Of a stretch of 64,000 nt of DNA, positions 12,509 to 26,322 are shown piece by piece. Numbering within the stretch: position 1 is the first letter of the stretch; the number at the start of each line of letters is the position of its first letter. The DNA comes from Felis catus (taxonomy: Eukaryota), in contig NC_058373.1 in assembly GCF_018350175.1 (NCBI RefSeq), positions 112,904,001-112,968,000 of the forward strand, read 5' to 3'. The notes under the pieces are model-generated. The model searched no databases. It saw only the letters and a program-made list of their open reading frames with translations, and was not told the DNA's origin. A program made the translations under genes and the position numbers.

Positions 12509-13269
12509 AGAAATCATCCGGATGTCTGATGATTATTCATTGATTAATTTAATATCAGTTCAATAAGATTTTAAGTTACTTAAAGATCTTGAAAATTATT
12601 TTCAAGCTGACATACTACAAACATAATTACTATTGAAATTTAAAGTTTGTCAGGATAAAGAGTCAATTATATTGTACCCAATATTACATTTTTCACATTC
12701 TTAAAATATATAGGAATAGCATTAGCTTATTTGATGAATAAACCTATGTAAGTTTAGGAAAAACAAACCCAAGCAAAATAAAAAATATTTGCCTAATTAT
12801 ACTTAACACTGATAAATAAGAAAAAGAACATTGGTGGGTTTTCTTAATAACTAAAACTTATCTCATTTGCTAAAGATTTACCTTAACTTGTGATCTTTGA
12901 TTCTTAAAATTATAAGAATACCTTTTAATGTAGCTGATTTAAAATATGTTAAATTTTCTTCTAGCCTGATAATTTTAGGAATATTCTATTTATATAAGCA
13001 GTTATTTATCTAAGTCCATCAGAACAGGGCACCTTTTAATTTAAGAGACAATATAATTGTTTTGGTATGTTTTTCTTCTTCCTCCTGGTAAAGCAAACTT
13101 TACTGTGGCCCTAAGATGGGGGCTCTTCTCTCTAGATCCTGCTAAAACTGGAGGGTTGGGGATGAGAGGCTCTTGGATTGCCCCTTCCAACACCTCCATC
13201 ACATTCAGACTCAGATGAATAATAATCTTGTTTATCATCAGTTTTCTACAGCTTAAATTTTCTCAAGAT

Positions 13270-13455
13270 TTCAGTTTAATTCCAGTTAGTTAACACAGAG
13301 TGTTGTATTAGTTTCAGGTGTACAGTGTAGTAATTCATCATTTCCGTACATCATCCTGTGCTCATCATAAGTGCACTCCTTAATCCCTATCACCTATTTC
13401 ACCCATTCCCTCCTCCTCCCCTCTGGGAACCATCAGTTTGGTCTCTATAATTAAG

Positions 13456-13511
<56 letters not shown>

Positions 13512-13733
13512 CCTCCCTCCCTCCCTCCCTCCCTCCCTCCCTCTCTCTCTCTCCCCCACTCAATCCCTCCTATTTTTCCCCTTTGTTTTTTGTTTTGCTT
13601 CTTAAATTCCACATATGAGTGAAATCATATGTTATTTGTCTTTCTCTGACTTATTTTGCTTAGCATTATACTGTCTAGCTCCATTCATGTTGTTGCAAAT
13701 GACAAGATTTCATTCTTTTTATAGCTGAATAAT
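13270..13733 (-). mobile_element. Older carnivore L1 3' end containing a (CT)n/(CCCT)n microsatellite (about 13458-13552)
   Basis: Antisense L1 3' UTR and ORF2 end (attccacatatgagtgaaatcata). Degenerate TSD tttcta[c/a]agcttaa. Confidence 0.85.
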
Positions 13734-14834
13734 CCATTTCTAAAGCTTAATTTTTGTAAAATAGCTCAAAGATGATGAAACACACAAATAAGCCAGAAGT
13801 TTGTGCTACACTGGACATCCAATAATCTTTGTTGCCCATTTTAAAGTCTTTTGCAACTTGTCTAATGTTGTTTGTTCTTACCTGAGTTGTGGAAAAGGCC
13901 TTGCTTTTTCATCCATTCATTTTTCTTCTTCCTATCTGACTCCAGCTTTCAGAATATCAGACAGAGATCCTTGCTGCTTCTATAGGTAGACAAAAACTTA
14001 AAAACAATGATGATTCTCAGCCTTTATGGCTATGTCTGGTACAAGCTTTTCCTCTGTCACAGCAAGATCAAGCATTCCTTCATGTTCACAAAGAATGAAA
14101 AGGGACATTTTTAACAACAGAGAGGTTTTTTGTTTCCAAGAAAAATAAAATACTTCCATTCATTTAGTAAATATGTAATGAGCATATCTGCTTTCTAAAA
14201 CTCTGTATCATAACCTTTAAAGCCTACAGGTATAGCTTCTGCCTGTCTCTCCAACCTCATCTTATGCCTCTTTCCTACTCATTGTCTTTTTAGTTCTAGG
14301 CACATTCTTTACTGCTTTAGAACCTTTAGTATGTACTTCCCTCTGCCTGGAAGTATGGCTGAATACTTCATATGGCTGAATCCTTCTCATCCTCACCACC
14401 TCTTTTAAAATGGCCTTTCCTTATCTGCTGCCCCACCCAATTATTCTCTATCCTAGTACCTGTTTATTTCTTTCATAGCATGTACCACACTTTATAATTA
14501 TTTTATTTGTTGCTTTACTTATTTTAGTCTGTCTTCACCAGTAAAACACAACAGAACATCTTTGTGTCCTGTTTATTCTTCTTCACCATTAAATCTCTAG
14601 CACATATAGAATCCCTGATGTATAATAGGCACTCAAAAATATTTGTCAAACTAAGAAATGAGTGAATGAAAGGCATGTGCTATTCACTAGGGGTTTGTTA
14701 TATATACACAAGGTTTCTATGCTTACAAACTGTATAGTCCAGTAAAGGATATATACCAATTATCAGGCAATTGCAGTATAACATGTGTGTGATATCAGAA
14801 GGACATAGTGTTATAACAGCACATAAGGTCTGGA

Positions 14835-16445
14835 GATTTATGCTCCTACTATAATACAGTGGCTTATTTGGACCAAGCTTCCCACCAAGAACAACTATAA
14901 AAGCTATATAAATTTTTAAAAATTTTTAAATAAAAAAAAAGAGAAGAAAAAGCAGGTGTCTGAAGAGAACAACCGAGGTATCCAGGATTTAAGGCACCAA
15001 GATCTCAGAGAAAAGCAAGGGACAGAGAAGTAACACTAGAATTCTCTGCCACATTTTTCCTCAAAGCATTTACTAATTCCTAAGCCAGAGGGATGGGGGG
15101 AGGTGTAATGGTAGAAGAGGCCAAGAAGCCAACCATAACAGAGTAGATAAGAGGCTAAGAAAATAAACAGAATTTTAGCAGTCTTAGCAGTTCAGGGCCT
15201 GCAGTGGGGGGGGAGGGGCCCTGGCAAATATCTCAGGCTCTTAGTTTAAACCTTTGAAGTGCTCTAGGAATAAGGACAAATAGGAAATATACCAGCCTTA
15301 GCAAAGACTGGAATTTTTTAGTCAGAAATATTGTGTAGATGTGGAAATGCAGAAAGGACTAAAGAACAAAAAGAAGTGTTAATATGTGGGTAAATGTAAA
15401 TGACGATTGTATAAAATAATAATGTCTTATGAAGTTAAAATTGGTTTGTATATAAATATTATATATTAAATCATAAATGTAGAGTATATGTTTGTATAAT
15501 ATATAGAAGTATATATAATAGTTATATATATACACACATACATACACTAAATATATACATACTAAATATTATATATACTAAATATTTATATAGAACATAT
15601 GGTACATCGTAGCACCAAAAGCAGAGAGGAATAAATGTAGTTAGCATATTTTAAGTCTCATGCATTGTCTGGGAAGTAATAAAAATATCAAATTATAGTA
15701 TACTATAATAAGTCAAGGATGCATATTATAATCTCTAAAATAACCACTAAAATAGGGGACGCCTGGGTGGGTCAGTCAATTAAGCATCCAACTTTGGCTT
15801 AGGTCATTATCTTATGGTTTGTGACTTCGAGCCCCTCATCAGGCTGTGCTGACAGCTCAGAGCCTGGAGCCTGCTTTGGATTGTGTCTCCCTCCCTCTCT
15901 GTCTGCCCCTCCCCTGCTTGCACTCTGTCTCTCAAAAATGAATAAACATTAAAAAAAATTAAAATAACCACTAAAATAATAATAAAAAAACTAGTAACTA
16001 ACAAGCTAATTGAAGAGAAAGAAATTAAAATAACAAAAAAAATGGTGAATTCAAAAGAAGAAAAGATGAAATAAAAACAGAAGTAACAAATAGTAGGGTG
16101 ATAGTCTTAAACCCAAATGTAGCAGAAATTGTATTAAATGTAAATGGACTAGATCCTCCGATTAAAAATTGTCATCCTGGATTATGAAAAGACAATAAAT
16201 TGTATCATGGTAATAAAGGGCCCACCTTAAATGGAAAGATACAGCAAATTGAAAGAAAAGATTAGAAAAAAATTGCAATAAAAATAGCTGGTGTGGTTGT
16301 ATTAATATCAGAAAATTAGGGTAAGCAGGATTGTAGATTATTGGGAGGGACATTTCATATATTTAAATGGATCAGTTCATCAGAAAAATATAATAATTCT
16401 AAATTTGTATGTAACAACATAGCCTCAAAATAAACATAAACAATC
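14835..16445 (+). mobile_element. Ancient L1M 5'/inter-ORF/ORF2-start fragments, with an AT-rich tract at about 15445-15600
   Basis: Degraded endonuclease-region sequence (ttaaatgtaaatggacta...tcagaaaaatataataattctaaatttgtatg). Confidence 0.6.
15755..15959 (+). mobile_element. Can-SINE
   Basis: TSD taaaataaccactaaaata. Confidence 0.93.
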
Positions 16446-17750
16446 TTTTGTCCAAATCTAGCCTTGGGAATGAAGGGGAGGCTGAGAAGATAAGTGAAAC
16501 TGAGATAAGCTGTGGAGAGAGGAAGGTAGAAAGAAAGAGTATTCTAGACAGAAGTAAGAACATTTTCAAAGAATGGAGGCAAGAAAGTTTCAAACTGGAG
16601 AGAGAGAAAGAGATTGACGAATGGGGTTGGATGGGAGGAGGATTGCCTGATGAGAGCAATGATTGATAAAAGGGGGCTAGAAGATACAAGAATCATAGAT
16701 ATGATATTAAAAAGATGAGACTCTTTCCTGGAAACCAGAAAGTTTTGAAGTATTATATGGTGACTTGATCAGATTTGTTTTCAGATCTCTCTTACTACTG
16801 TGGGGGGAATGAATTGGAGGAGGGCAAGACTATTGCCAAGGAGACATATTTCAGTAATCCAGGTGAGATGATGTTGGCTGAGGCTGTAGAGATAGAAGGG
16901 AACAGATTTTTAAAATAAAGTATCCTAAGCTTGTACAATATTTAAATTTTAGTAAGTGACTAGACTTACTCTTAGATTAATGAATAGGAAACTCAACAAT
17001 AGAGCTAGAGGTTGAGAAATTTTAAAGACTGCAGTTTGTTTTCTTTATGTCTACAAAACCAACCGCATGGCAGTGTTGCCTTTCATTTTCAAAGGTCAGG
17101 TTTTGTCAAACCACTGTGGATTGGTTGTAACTTTAAGCTGGTTGTGTTTTTGTTGGCAGAATATACATTTGGAACAATTAAACTCCCTTTACTCTGTTTC
17201 AGAGCTCCCTCCCTATTTTTTATTTTAGTTGACTTACTTAGATTTGGCAGTCTGTGGGCAAATGTCCAAGTCTTTCCTCAAGGAATGTGTGCATTATTTT
17301 AAGTCCATTAAGTAAAATAATATAGTATACATACATGTGGTTTCCCTGCCCCAGCACAACTTCTTAAGCTTCTTATTTGCTAACATCCTTTCTCAGACAT
17401 AAAATTCTATATTAAAAGAAAAACAGTAACCTATCAAGTAATGATTTATATGCTAATGTGGTTATTTGGTTTATTATCTAATTGTACTAGAATGTATTTT
17501 TTATGAAAGCAGGGACACTGTCTCTTTTGCTCAAGCCCATATCCCCCTGTACCCAGATTAGTACTCAGCATATACCAGGTACTCAATATTGAAGAATAAA
17601 TGAATGACAAGAATGAAGAGATGAAGGAATATTTGTCTTAAGTAAATCAAATTCACTAAAATAAGGTGTTTCTTTTCATTTCAATCTTATAAATTCATTT
17701 TATTTTCATTTGAAGTTTTGAAAGTCTGATATTAGAATGTTTGAAAGTAA

Positions 17751-18005
<255 letters not shown>

Positions 18006-18159
18006 TGAAATGGGAATTCATCTTCTTTATGAGTCACTGGGTTTATTATAAACAAAGCAAAGCAATTTTCCAAACCTTTTCTCTGTAGTTCCCATGTCTA
18101 GTTCCTTCTTTCTCTTTTTCTCTTTCTCTCCATACTGCTGCTTTCTCTCCTTTCAAAAA

Positions 18160-19130
18160 CATTTTAGTATGAAAATTCTCAAAATGCACAAAAATAAGGA
18201 GTACGGTGAAACCCCCGCGTACCCATCACCTAGCTTCAGTAGCTATCACCATTTTCCCAGACTGTTTTATCAATCCTCCTTCCCTTTTTGAGAGGACAGA
18301 AGGCTAGATTGTTTGTTGGGTTGTTTGTTTGTTTGTTTTTGGGTTTTTTTTGTTTTTTTATTGCTTTAAAGCAAATTCTACAATGTCATTTTGGTATACA
18401 TCTCAAATAATAATAACGATAACAGCAGCATTCTCTTGTGTAATCACAGTGGTATTCTTACCTAACAAAATAAATAAGAGTATCTTAATATCATCTAATA
18501 CCCTGATCATATTCAAAATTCTCCCAAATGTTAAGAAAAAGAATGTCTTTGGGGAGCCTTGATGGCTCAGTTTGTTGAACATCCAACTCCTGATTTTGGC
18601 GCAGGTTATGATCCCAGGGTTGTGGGATTAAGCCCCATATCGGGCTCTGTGCTGAGTGTAGAGCCTGCTTAAGATTCGCGCGCTCTCTCTCTCTCTCTGT
18701 CTCTCTCTTTCTCTCCCTTTCTCCCATTCTCCCTTTCTCTGCCCCTGTCCCCAGCTCGTATTCTCTGTCTCTCAAAATCAAAAAAATAAATTAAAAAAAA
18801 GAGACAATGCCTTCTTACATGCTTTATTTGAATTAGAATTCATCAGTTCCACAAGCTGTATTTGGTTATTAAATCTATATTGAATAAGAACATTTACCTC
18901 TACCCTCCTTTTTTCATGCCATTGACTTGCTGAAGAAACTGAATCATTTGTCCTAACAAATGGATTTGGCTAATGGCTCCGTTGTGGTGGTAGTGAACTT
19001 GTTCTGCTCTCTTTCCAGTATATTGTATGGACTAGAAGTTAGATCTAAAAGCTTGATTAGATTCAGATTCGATTTTTCTTCCCTTTGCAAAAATACTTCA
19101 TAAGTACTCTTTCATACTGCTTCTTACCAC
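18160..19130 (-). mobile_element. Ancient L1MC/ME 3' end, interrupted by a SINE
   Basis: gtacccatcacctagcttca...ttgacttgctgaagaaactg motifs typical of old L1M 3' ends. Confidence 0.6.
18551..18800 (+). mobile_element. Can-SINE
   Basis: ggggagccttgatggctcag head, CT tract, A tail. Confidence 0.9.
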
Positions 19131-20959
19131 CTCCTGGGAAAAAGAAAAATAACGACATACCAAGATCTGGCACATCTCCTAAAGCTAATAACTCCCTAAG
19201 GAAGGGCTGATGGAGGTTCTGTAATCAGTTATAAATCCTCAAAGAATGCCAAGCAATGGTGTTGATGAAAATGTGTGGCCATGTCTTTAAGCAATAGTTT
19301 GCCTGTTCAGACCTGTTACTCTATAAACTTTTCCTTCCCCATTCAAAGGCTTCAGTGTAGAGGTGAGCATTCAAATTCTAGCACACCTCCATGCTGTCAG
19401 GGACAACAGTAATTATGCTTTCGTTTCAGAATTATACTCTGATGGGTATTCATGTGAACCCTAAGAGAGAGTAGAGGTGAGACATCAGTTGTTAGGAGTG
19501 AGCTATGGGAACATCAAAAATTTCAGAAACCTTTTTTAAGTATAAAGGCATCCCTCCTCAACTCCCCGATTTATTGGATACCTCTCATCAGGTCTAGGAT
19601 TAGGCTTTATCACCATGATTTTACCATTTAAGTATGAAGTTAAGATTAACCCTAAAGTCTTCTCCACAATTTGATAGAATGTAAAATTCCTGGCATTATA
19701 TTTCTGTAGTTGCCCCAATATGGCTACTGCTAACAAAGTCCTTTTATTATTGAGACTATTGAATTTGAATCATTCTCATTAAGAATATTTTGTCTTAAGT
19801 AAATATTATTATGTTGTGAGTGAACAGGCATTTTTTCCCATCCCTGTAGGCAGTACTAATTTGATTAGAATACAGAGGACATCCCAAAAGCATGTCAGTG
19901 TGCTTCTCAGTAACCTCAAAAATTGAATTGACTGTTCTTTTTGTAGTGAGAAAGAAGCTGATATTAGTTGCCCTCACCTCTAGAGGAGAATTATTTGTAA
20001 TATCTATTATTTAAGTCAATCTCAGCACCTGTGATGTATAATTTTGGTACTATTTTATTTTCAGTTTATCTTTTTACCACTTCAACTTAACGCTGTCATC
20101 AGTTCCTAATGTTTATTCTCCTCCCTTAAAGTCATAACACTCTGCGACCTCAGTCATTGTATAAATGCTGTTACATTCTGATCTCAAGAGGAGAACTGAA
20201 CAATACGTGCTGAGTTAGAAGGAAATGGCTTACCAGAACTTAAACAAAAGCTTCACAGTCTTGTAATAGGACACTCATGATAGCAGTGCATGATAAAATG
20301 TTTTGTTGTAATGGAATGCTTTTTAAATGAGTACCTTTAGAGAAATCACAGTACCTGTCTGCAAGATGTAAAAGATAATTTAAATTGGCTTTAAATATAG
20401 TAGAAGGAAAGTATTATGCATTCCCTCCTCACTCTTATTATGTGTGTTAGTTTGCTATAATAAAATAGTTTAGAAGTTTAAGTGGGCTTCCTTTTACTTG
20501 GCCAGAATTTATACTTGTCTAAAGGTAAGAATTTAAAAGTAATTGCTCCTTAATAGTAGAACAAGAAGTATAAAAAGCTCAAGAACAATTTAGCTTTGCT
20601 CTTCCCACATACAGTACATTAAGAATGTAATTAACCTCTTTCATTTTAGACACAGAGATATTCAAAAAGACATTTGAAGTATTACCAATCAGGAGTACCA
20701 ATCACAATTCTATGGGTCGTCTACAGTGAACATAGCTGTTGCCAGGAGTGTATCTTGGAAATTATTTTCATCACATAGTAACAGTCATTGCCAAATAACC
20801 TATTCATAAATTGGTATGATAATGTAATCTAGTTTTTCTAAAATACAGCCAAGAATCAGGAAATAAGCAAAAAGGGCCTCAGAGTAGCCAAAAATAGATG
20901 TTACATAGTACACATACTAACACTTCACAGTAGACCCTCTGAGAGCCTTGTCCAATTAT

Positions 20960-21135
20960 GAGCCATAAAATTAAAAGAATCTTGGTTCAAATCTTTGTTT
21001 TCCCATTTAGTAGCTAAGTGATTTGAGCCAAATTTCTTAACCTCTGAGTCTTAGTTTCCTCATCTATAAAATGGGATGATACCTGTTACTTCATGGGATT
21101 GTTGTGAAAGTTAAATGAAATAATGGATGTAATGC
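20960..21135 (+). mobile_element. MIR remnant
   Basis: MIR core cttaacctctgagtcttagtttcctcatctataaaatggg. Confidence 0.75.
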
Positions 21136-22306
21136 ATAGATGTTTCTTTCAAAATAATAACATTACTATTATTTTTATCATTCTGACAATATAATTATTA
21201 CTAATCCTCTCTGGTTCCTAAACCTAAAGCCAGCTTTAAGGGACAAGATGATGGAGCCTAGCATGAAGGGGAGCCACAGAAAAAAACTAAGGGAAAAGAG
21301 ACAAGAACCTCAGTGTGTGGGATGAAGTTATGGTTTATAGGTGAAAACAATGCACAATATACCCTTGTGACCCTACATCACTGTAGGATAGCAGAGTAGA
21401 ATAAGTTAATAATGATAGTTGTGAATCATCAAAAAAATGTTAATGTTCATCATATTATTGCAAAAGCTAATAATGAGTGATCCATTTTTGAAAGACAAAG
21501 TTGCAAAAATAATAAAAATGATTTAGGTACTGAAAGAGATAATTTTTCAACTATATGGAAATTTTAACATTCCCTAATGATTCTACATTACTCAAGTTTC
21601 ATTAATATAAGGAAATCTTAGCTAACAGTTTATATAAAGCATAATCAATAGAAAAAAATATCACTATTCTTGACTGCCTGTCCACTCTATGCCACTTATA
21701 CTCAGCCCTCTCCCACACCCCCATGATCAGGATTCATGTCAGAATCTTGAGGAAGTATAATTTATAAATATTTTTAAATTAATATTGCTTTAGTTTTGTT
21801 CTAGTCATGGTATTTTATTTATTTTGACATTTCAAAAAAATCCCTTCATAAAAAGCCAGTGTTGTGTTTATTGCTGAGTATAGTTTTAAATGGTTGAGGA
21901 GTACTCATCTTGAACAACAGGCAGTTATCTGATAGACTATCACCAGCTAGTCTTGCAGTAATAAGAATGATTGTTGTAGATCTCCAGCAAAAATAGTATG
22001 GACGTTATCAACTAGAAGGGTAGAGAAACTCCAGGATTTGAGATACACTTCTCTGGCACTAGCAGGAAATGGGAAAAAAAAAAAAAAAAGCTACAGAAAA
22101 CCAGGAAGTTTGGTTACTTGAAAATAAAGATGCTAAAAATAAATTAATGTAAATGCTTTTGAAACAATTCATGGTATAAAGGTTTAAAGAAGAGTCAACA
22201 GAAAAGTATTTTTATATGATAAATACCCTATATGGAAATCCACATAGCAAGAAAACTGGAGTATTTAATTTACTTGTCACATTACTTAGCAGCCCCTAAC
22301 AAATGA

Positions 22307-22399
<93 letters not shown>

Positions 22400-22474
22400 T
22401 GAAACAGTTTCTTTTGCTTTTCCTATAAAAATGATCAAAATCATTTTGAAACCCAGGTGACCAGTTCCTTATCA

Positions 22475-22640
22475 GAGCACTCCATTTGGAATCTGAAAGA
22501 CCTGGGCTCAAGACCCAGCTTTACTTACTGTATGACCTTGGGCAAATCACTTACACTTTTTGAAGCTGTTTATTCATCTATACAATGGGCTAAAGCCTAC
22601 TTTGTATGATTGATGTAAAAGTCAAATTAGATAGTATCTT
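22475..22640 (+). mobile_element. MIR remnant
   Basis: tgaccttgggcaaatcactt core. Confidence 0.7.
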
Positions 22641-23898
22641 TCAAAGTATATCCCAAACCCTAAAATGGTAGCCAAGTGTTAACTGTCACTAGATCTATCT
22701 GGGGTACCAGCTTTTCCTTATAAAAAATTGGTCTAAGTTAGCAGTCTAATCACCTCCCATAGCTAGAAGTATTGTGTTCATAAGTCCAAAGGGCCTTGAA
22801 TCACCCATGAAAGTAAATGGTAAACAAACAAACAAAAAAAAAAATACAAAACTGGCTTTTGTTCTTGCCAGATTTGGACTGGGATGGGGCAGGCAACATG
22901 GAATGAGGGGTTTCTCAGCCAAACCCCAGGCATCATCAGTCTGACCATATCACTGTCCCCCATCCTCGCTCCCGTGTGAACAGAAACTCACATGTTCAGA
23001 CAGTAGAAAAAGCGAAGTGGTTCCGTTTATAAAGACTTTCAGTCAGTTTTTTATTGATTTTTGGCTTGCAGTTAAAGCCATGCTTTTAAAGTCATTACCA
23101 ATCTTGATAAATTCTAAAGCAGTTTAGAGGTTTTGTGTATCTACTTGTTATTTTTTCCAGCTTTTAAAATTATCCTCTGATCTGTAGCAGCGTCCTATTC
23201 TCTATGTTTTCGGACAGATTCCTTCAGAAAATAACCTGCTTATTCCTTTCAGATGCACAAATCTGGTGACTTTGGGATACTTATCTGCTTTTGATAGTAA
23301 ATAAATCTCAAAATAGAGTATAAGGAAAGGAAGACAGGCAGAAAATTTTGAAAAGCATTTTTTGGAGTTTTGAATTTTGAAAGCATTTCTAAAGCTCCTA
23401 TCTGTAAGCATAAAAGATTAGGTTTATATCCTACAGGAAATGTTAACAGAGAAGACTGTTAAGTAAAGTAGTCCTCAAATGTATCTGTAGTAAAAACTCC
23501 TTAGGGCCTTTAAGGTATGTATGCTCAGATCCTCTGGAAAAATGTGATTCTCTTCCTAGCTTCATTTTGCCTAGAAAAGACTGTTACTTTGTCTACAGAA
23601 GACAGGACTTGCCCTATAGACAAAGAATTATACTGGGAGCCTGCTTTGCCTTTACTTATGAACTATTGTTCATCTGCCAAAGAAGTTATAATTAAATAAC
23701 CTATTTTCAAATTGCTACTTTCATTTGAAATTTTCTCTGCCCAGCCTCAGTGAACCAAAAGAGGGCAGCAACAACCCAGATGTTCAGACTGTGGAATCAG
23801 TAAAGTGGTTCCTTTTAAAAGGATTTTAAAATTCATGATTGTATTTCTGCTTTTCTGAAGGCTGCACATTTAAAACTGTTACTAATCTTGATAACTTT

Positions 23899-24126
23899 GT
23901 TTGTTTGTTTGTTTGTTTGTTTATTTTGAAGAGAGAGAGAGAGAGAGAGAGAGACAGCATGAGCAGGAGAGAAGGAGGAGTAGAGAGAGAGGGAGACACA
24001 GAATCTGAAACAGGCTCCAGGCTACAAGCTGTCAGCACAGTGCCCAGCGTGGCTCAAATTCACAAACTGTGAGATATTGACCTGAACCGAAGTTGAACAT
24101 TTAACCAACTGAGCCACCAGGAGCTC
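23899..24126 (-). mobile_element. Can-SINE (antisense)
   Basis: 17-bp TSD ctaatcttgataacttt at 23882-23898 and 24127-24143. Confidence 0.93.
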
Positions 24127-24168
24127 CTAATCTTGATAACTTTTAAAGCAGTTTTAAAGATTGATGTA

Positions 24169-24403
24169 GGGGCACCTGGGTGGCTCAGTCGGTTGAGCGT
24201 CCGACTTCAGCTCAGGTCACGATCTCACGGTTCATGAGTTCGAGCCCCGCATCAGGCTCTGGGCTGATGGCTCAGAGCCTGGAGCCTGCTTCCAATTCTG
24301 TGTCTCCCTCTCTCTCTGCCCCTCCCCCATTCATGCTCTGTCTCTCTCTGTCTCAAAAATAAATAAACGTTAAAAAAAAAATTAAAAAAAAACTTTTAAA
24401 AAA
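24169..24403 (+). mobile_element. Young feline Can-SINE
   Basis: CpG-retaining body. TSD aaagattgatgta at 24156-24168 and 24404-24416. Confidence 0.95.
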
Positions 24404-25313
24404 AAAGATTGATGTATCTACTTGCCATTTTTTTTAACTTTTTAAAATTACTGTAATAACATATGTTCACTATAAAAACATTAGAAAATACAGGTAAACA
24501 TTAAGAAATGTTATTGGTAATCCCTTCCCCCACACACAAAATAACCACTATTTGCAATTGTTTGCAATCCATTTTCAATTAGAGTAATTTTATAAAGCAG
24601 CAGCATTACAAGAATGCCGTCATCGTTGCTGAACAATAGCTTTTTTCTTTTTTCTTTTTTTTTTTTTTTTTTTTTGCTTTCCCAGAAACATGTTCATCTG
24701 TGTATTTTGAGACAGGTGAAAAGCAATTAATTCTCATTAAGAGTCTGCTGTGCAGTTGGGCAAGACAACTCATTTTTCTATTGAAATTATTACTATTACT
24801 CATCACTTTTTACAGCTTAAAAAAATCTATTCTTAACTACTTTTGTGGGTAGAAGAAAATTAAAGGTATGGTTTTAGCTAATAATAGGCTAAACCATTGC
24901 CTTTTACTTTGATGATGCAGTTAGCAGCACAAGCCAGGCCAAGGGAAACTAAAAATCTAATAGTCGATCCCAAGCCCTCCACGTACATATACATGCTCGA
25001 TACCACTGGATTAATGTGTTAGTAAAATTGGAATTTTAGACCCAGGAGGGATATTGAGAGGCATGTAGTCCAAACCTTTCATTTTGGGAAGAGTAAAATT
25101 AGATTCAGAAAGGTTTGGAACTCACTCGGGCTGCTCAGTTTATTTAGTTAACAGTACCACACACGAAACGAAATCTGTGATTCTCAGCACAGTCATTTTT
25201 TTCATTGCCCACCTTTCTTTCCTTCGAAGTGCATGACCCACCCAGATTTCTTCTTGGAGAGGTACAAGTGAATTCTTCAAGTTTTGCTTATAATTTTAAA
25301 AGACCTTGGTATT

Positions 25314-25700
25314 TCTATTAGTCTGCCCAGACTTCCATAATAGACTATCACAGACCAAATGGCTTAAACAACAGAAATTTATTTTCTCACAGTTCTGGAG
25401 ACTGGAAGTCTAAGATCAAGATGCCAGCAAGGCTGGTTTCTGTTGAGTCTTTCTTCCTGGCTTGCAAATGGCCAACTTCTCACTGTGTCCTCACATGCCT
25501 TTTTTTCTGCGTACATGTGCTCCTGGTGTTTCTCCCTCTTTTTATACGGACACCAGTCTTGTTGGATTAGGACCTCATCCTTATGACATCATTTAACTTT
25601 GATTACCTCTTTAAAGGCCCTATTATCTATAAATACAGTCATATTGGGTGTTAAGACTTCAACATATGAATTTGCAAGGGACACAATTCAGCCTATAACA
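25314..25700 (-). mobile_element. MLT1A-type MaLR solo LTR
   Basis: Typical ggcttaaacaacagaaatttattttctcacagttctggag sequence. Ends ...taaca. 5-bp TSD gtatt on both sides. Confidence 0.88.
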
Positions 25701-26196
25701 GTATTCCTCTTCAAGTCCTTCGCAGCTTAAATTGTTTAGTTTTATTTTTTTAATTTAAAGAGATTTCTGGGTAGAGGGGGGTTATGGATACATTTCTTTG
25801 TGCTTAACATATTTTCTAAATGTTTTTGTACAGAGCATGTATTACTGTGGCAATTTTAAAATATTTTAAAAATAGCAGGTACAATCTGCTTTAAAACTTA
25901 CAAAGATTAGTAATGACTTTCAATGTATAGTTCCCAGGAAATTGGAAATAAAAAACTGTGTTAAACAGTTTCAGGGAATCAGAAGTTTCTGCATTTCACT
26001 GGTAGACAAATGTTTATACCTTCTGTGGTATTTGGTTGACTGTAGCTCTATTCTGGCATCCTTCAGGATTTAAGGTGATTTAGAAGGTTAGGAGTTAGTG
26101 GTTAGTTACTTCACTCTTTATGATGCCTGAAGGTATAGACAATTGTAATTTTTTGGCAAATTTTTATACGTATACTATAAGTAACTGCTTGGTTGA

Positions 26197-26322
<126 letters not shown>

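Larger units (their letters stand above)
5850..13250 (-). mobile_element. Degraded ERV1 (MER4-group-like) internal sequence, interrupted by SINEs, a Tigger and an L1; boundaries uncertain
   Basis: Long AT-rich non-coding tract resembling non-autonomous ERV1 internal regions, for example 8040-8250. Recognition only. Confidence 0.4.

Noticed and set aside
23745..23799. Possible cryptic GPHN cassette exon after ttttctctgcccag
   Set aside because: The donor (tca|gtaaag) is weak and the 55-nt length is not frame-preserving. No support from sequence alone.
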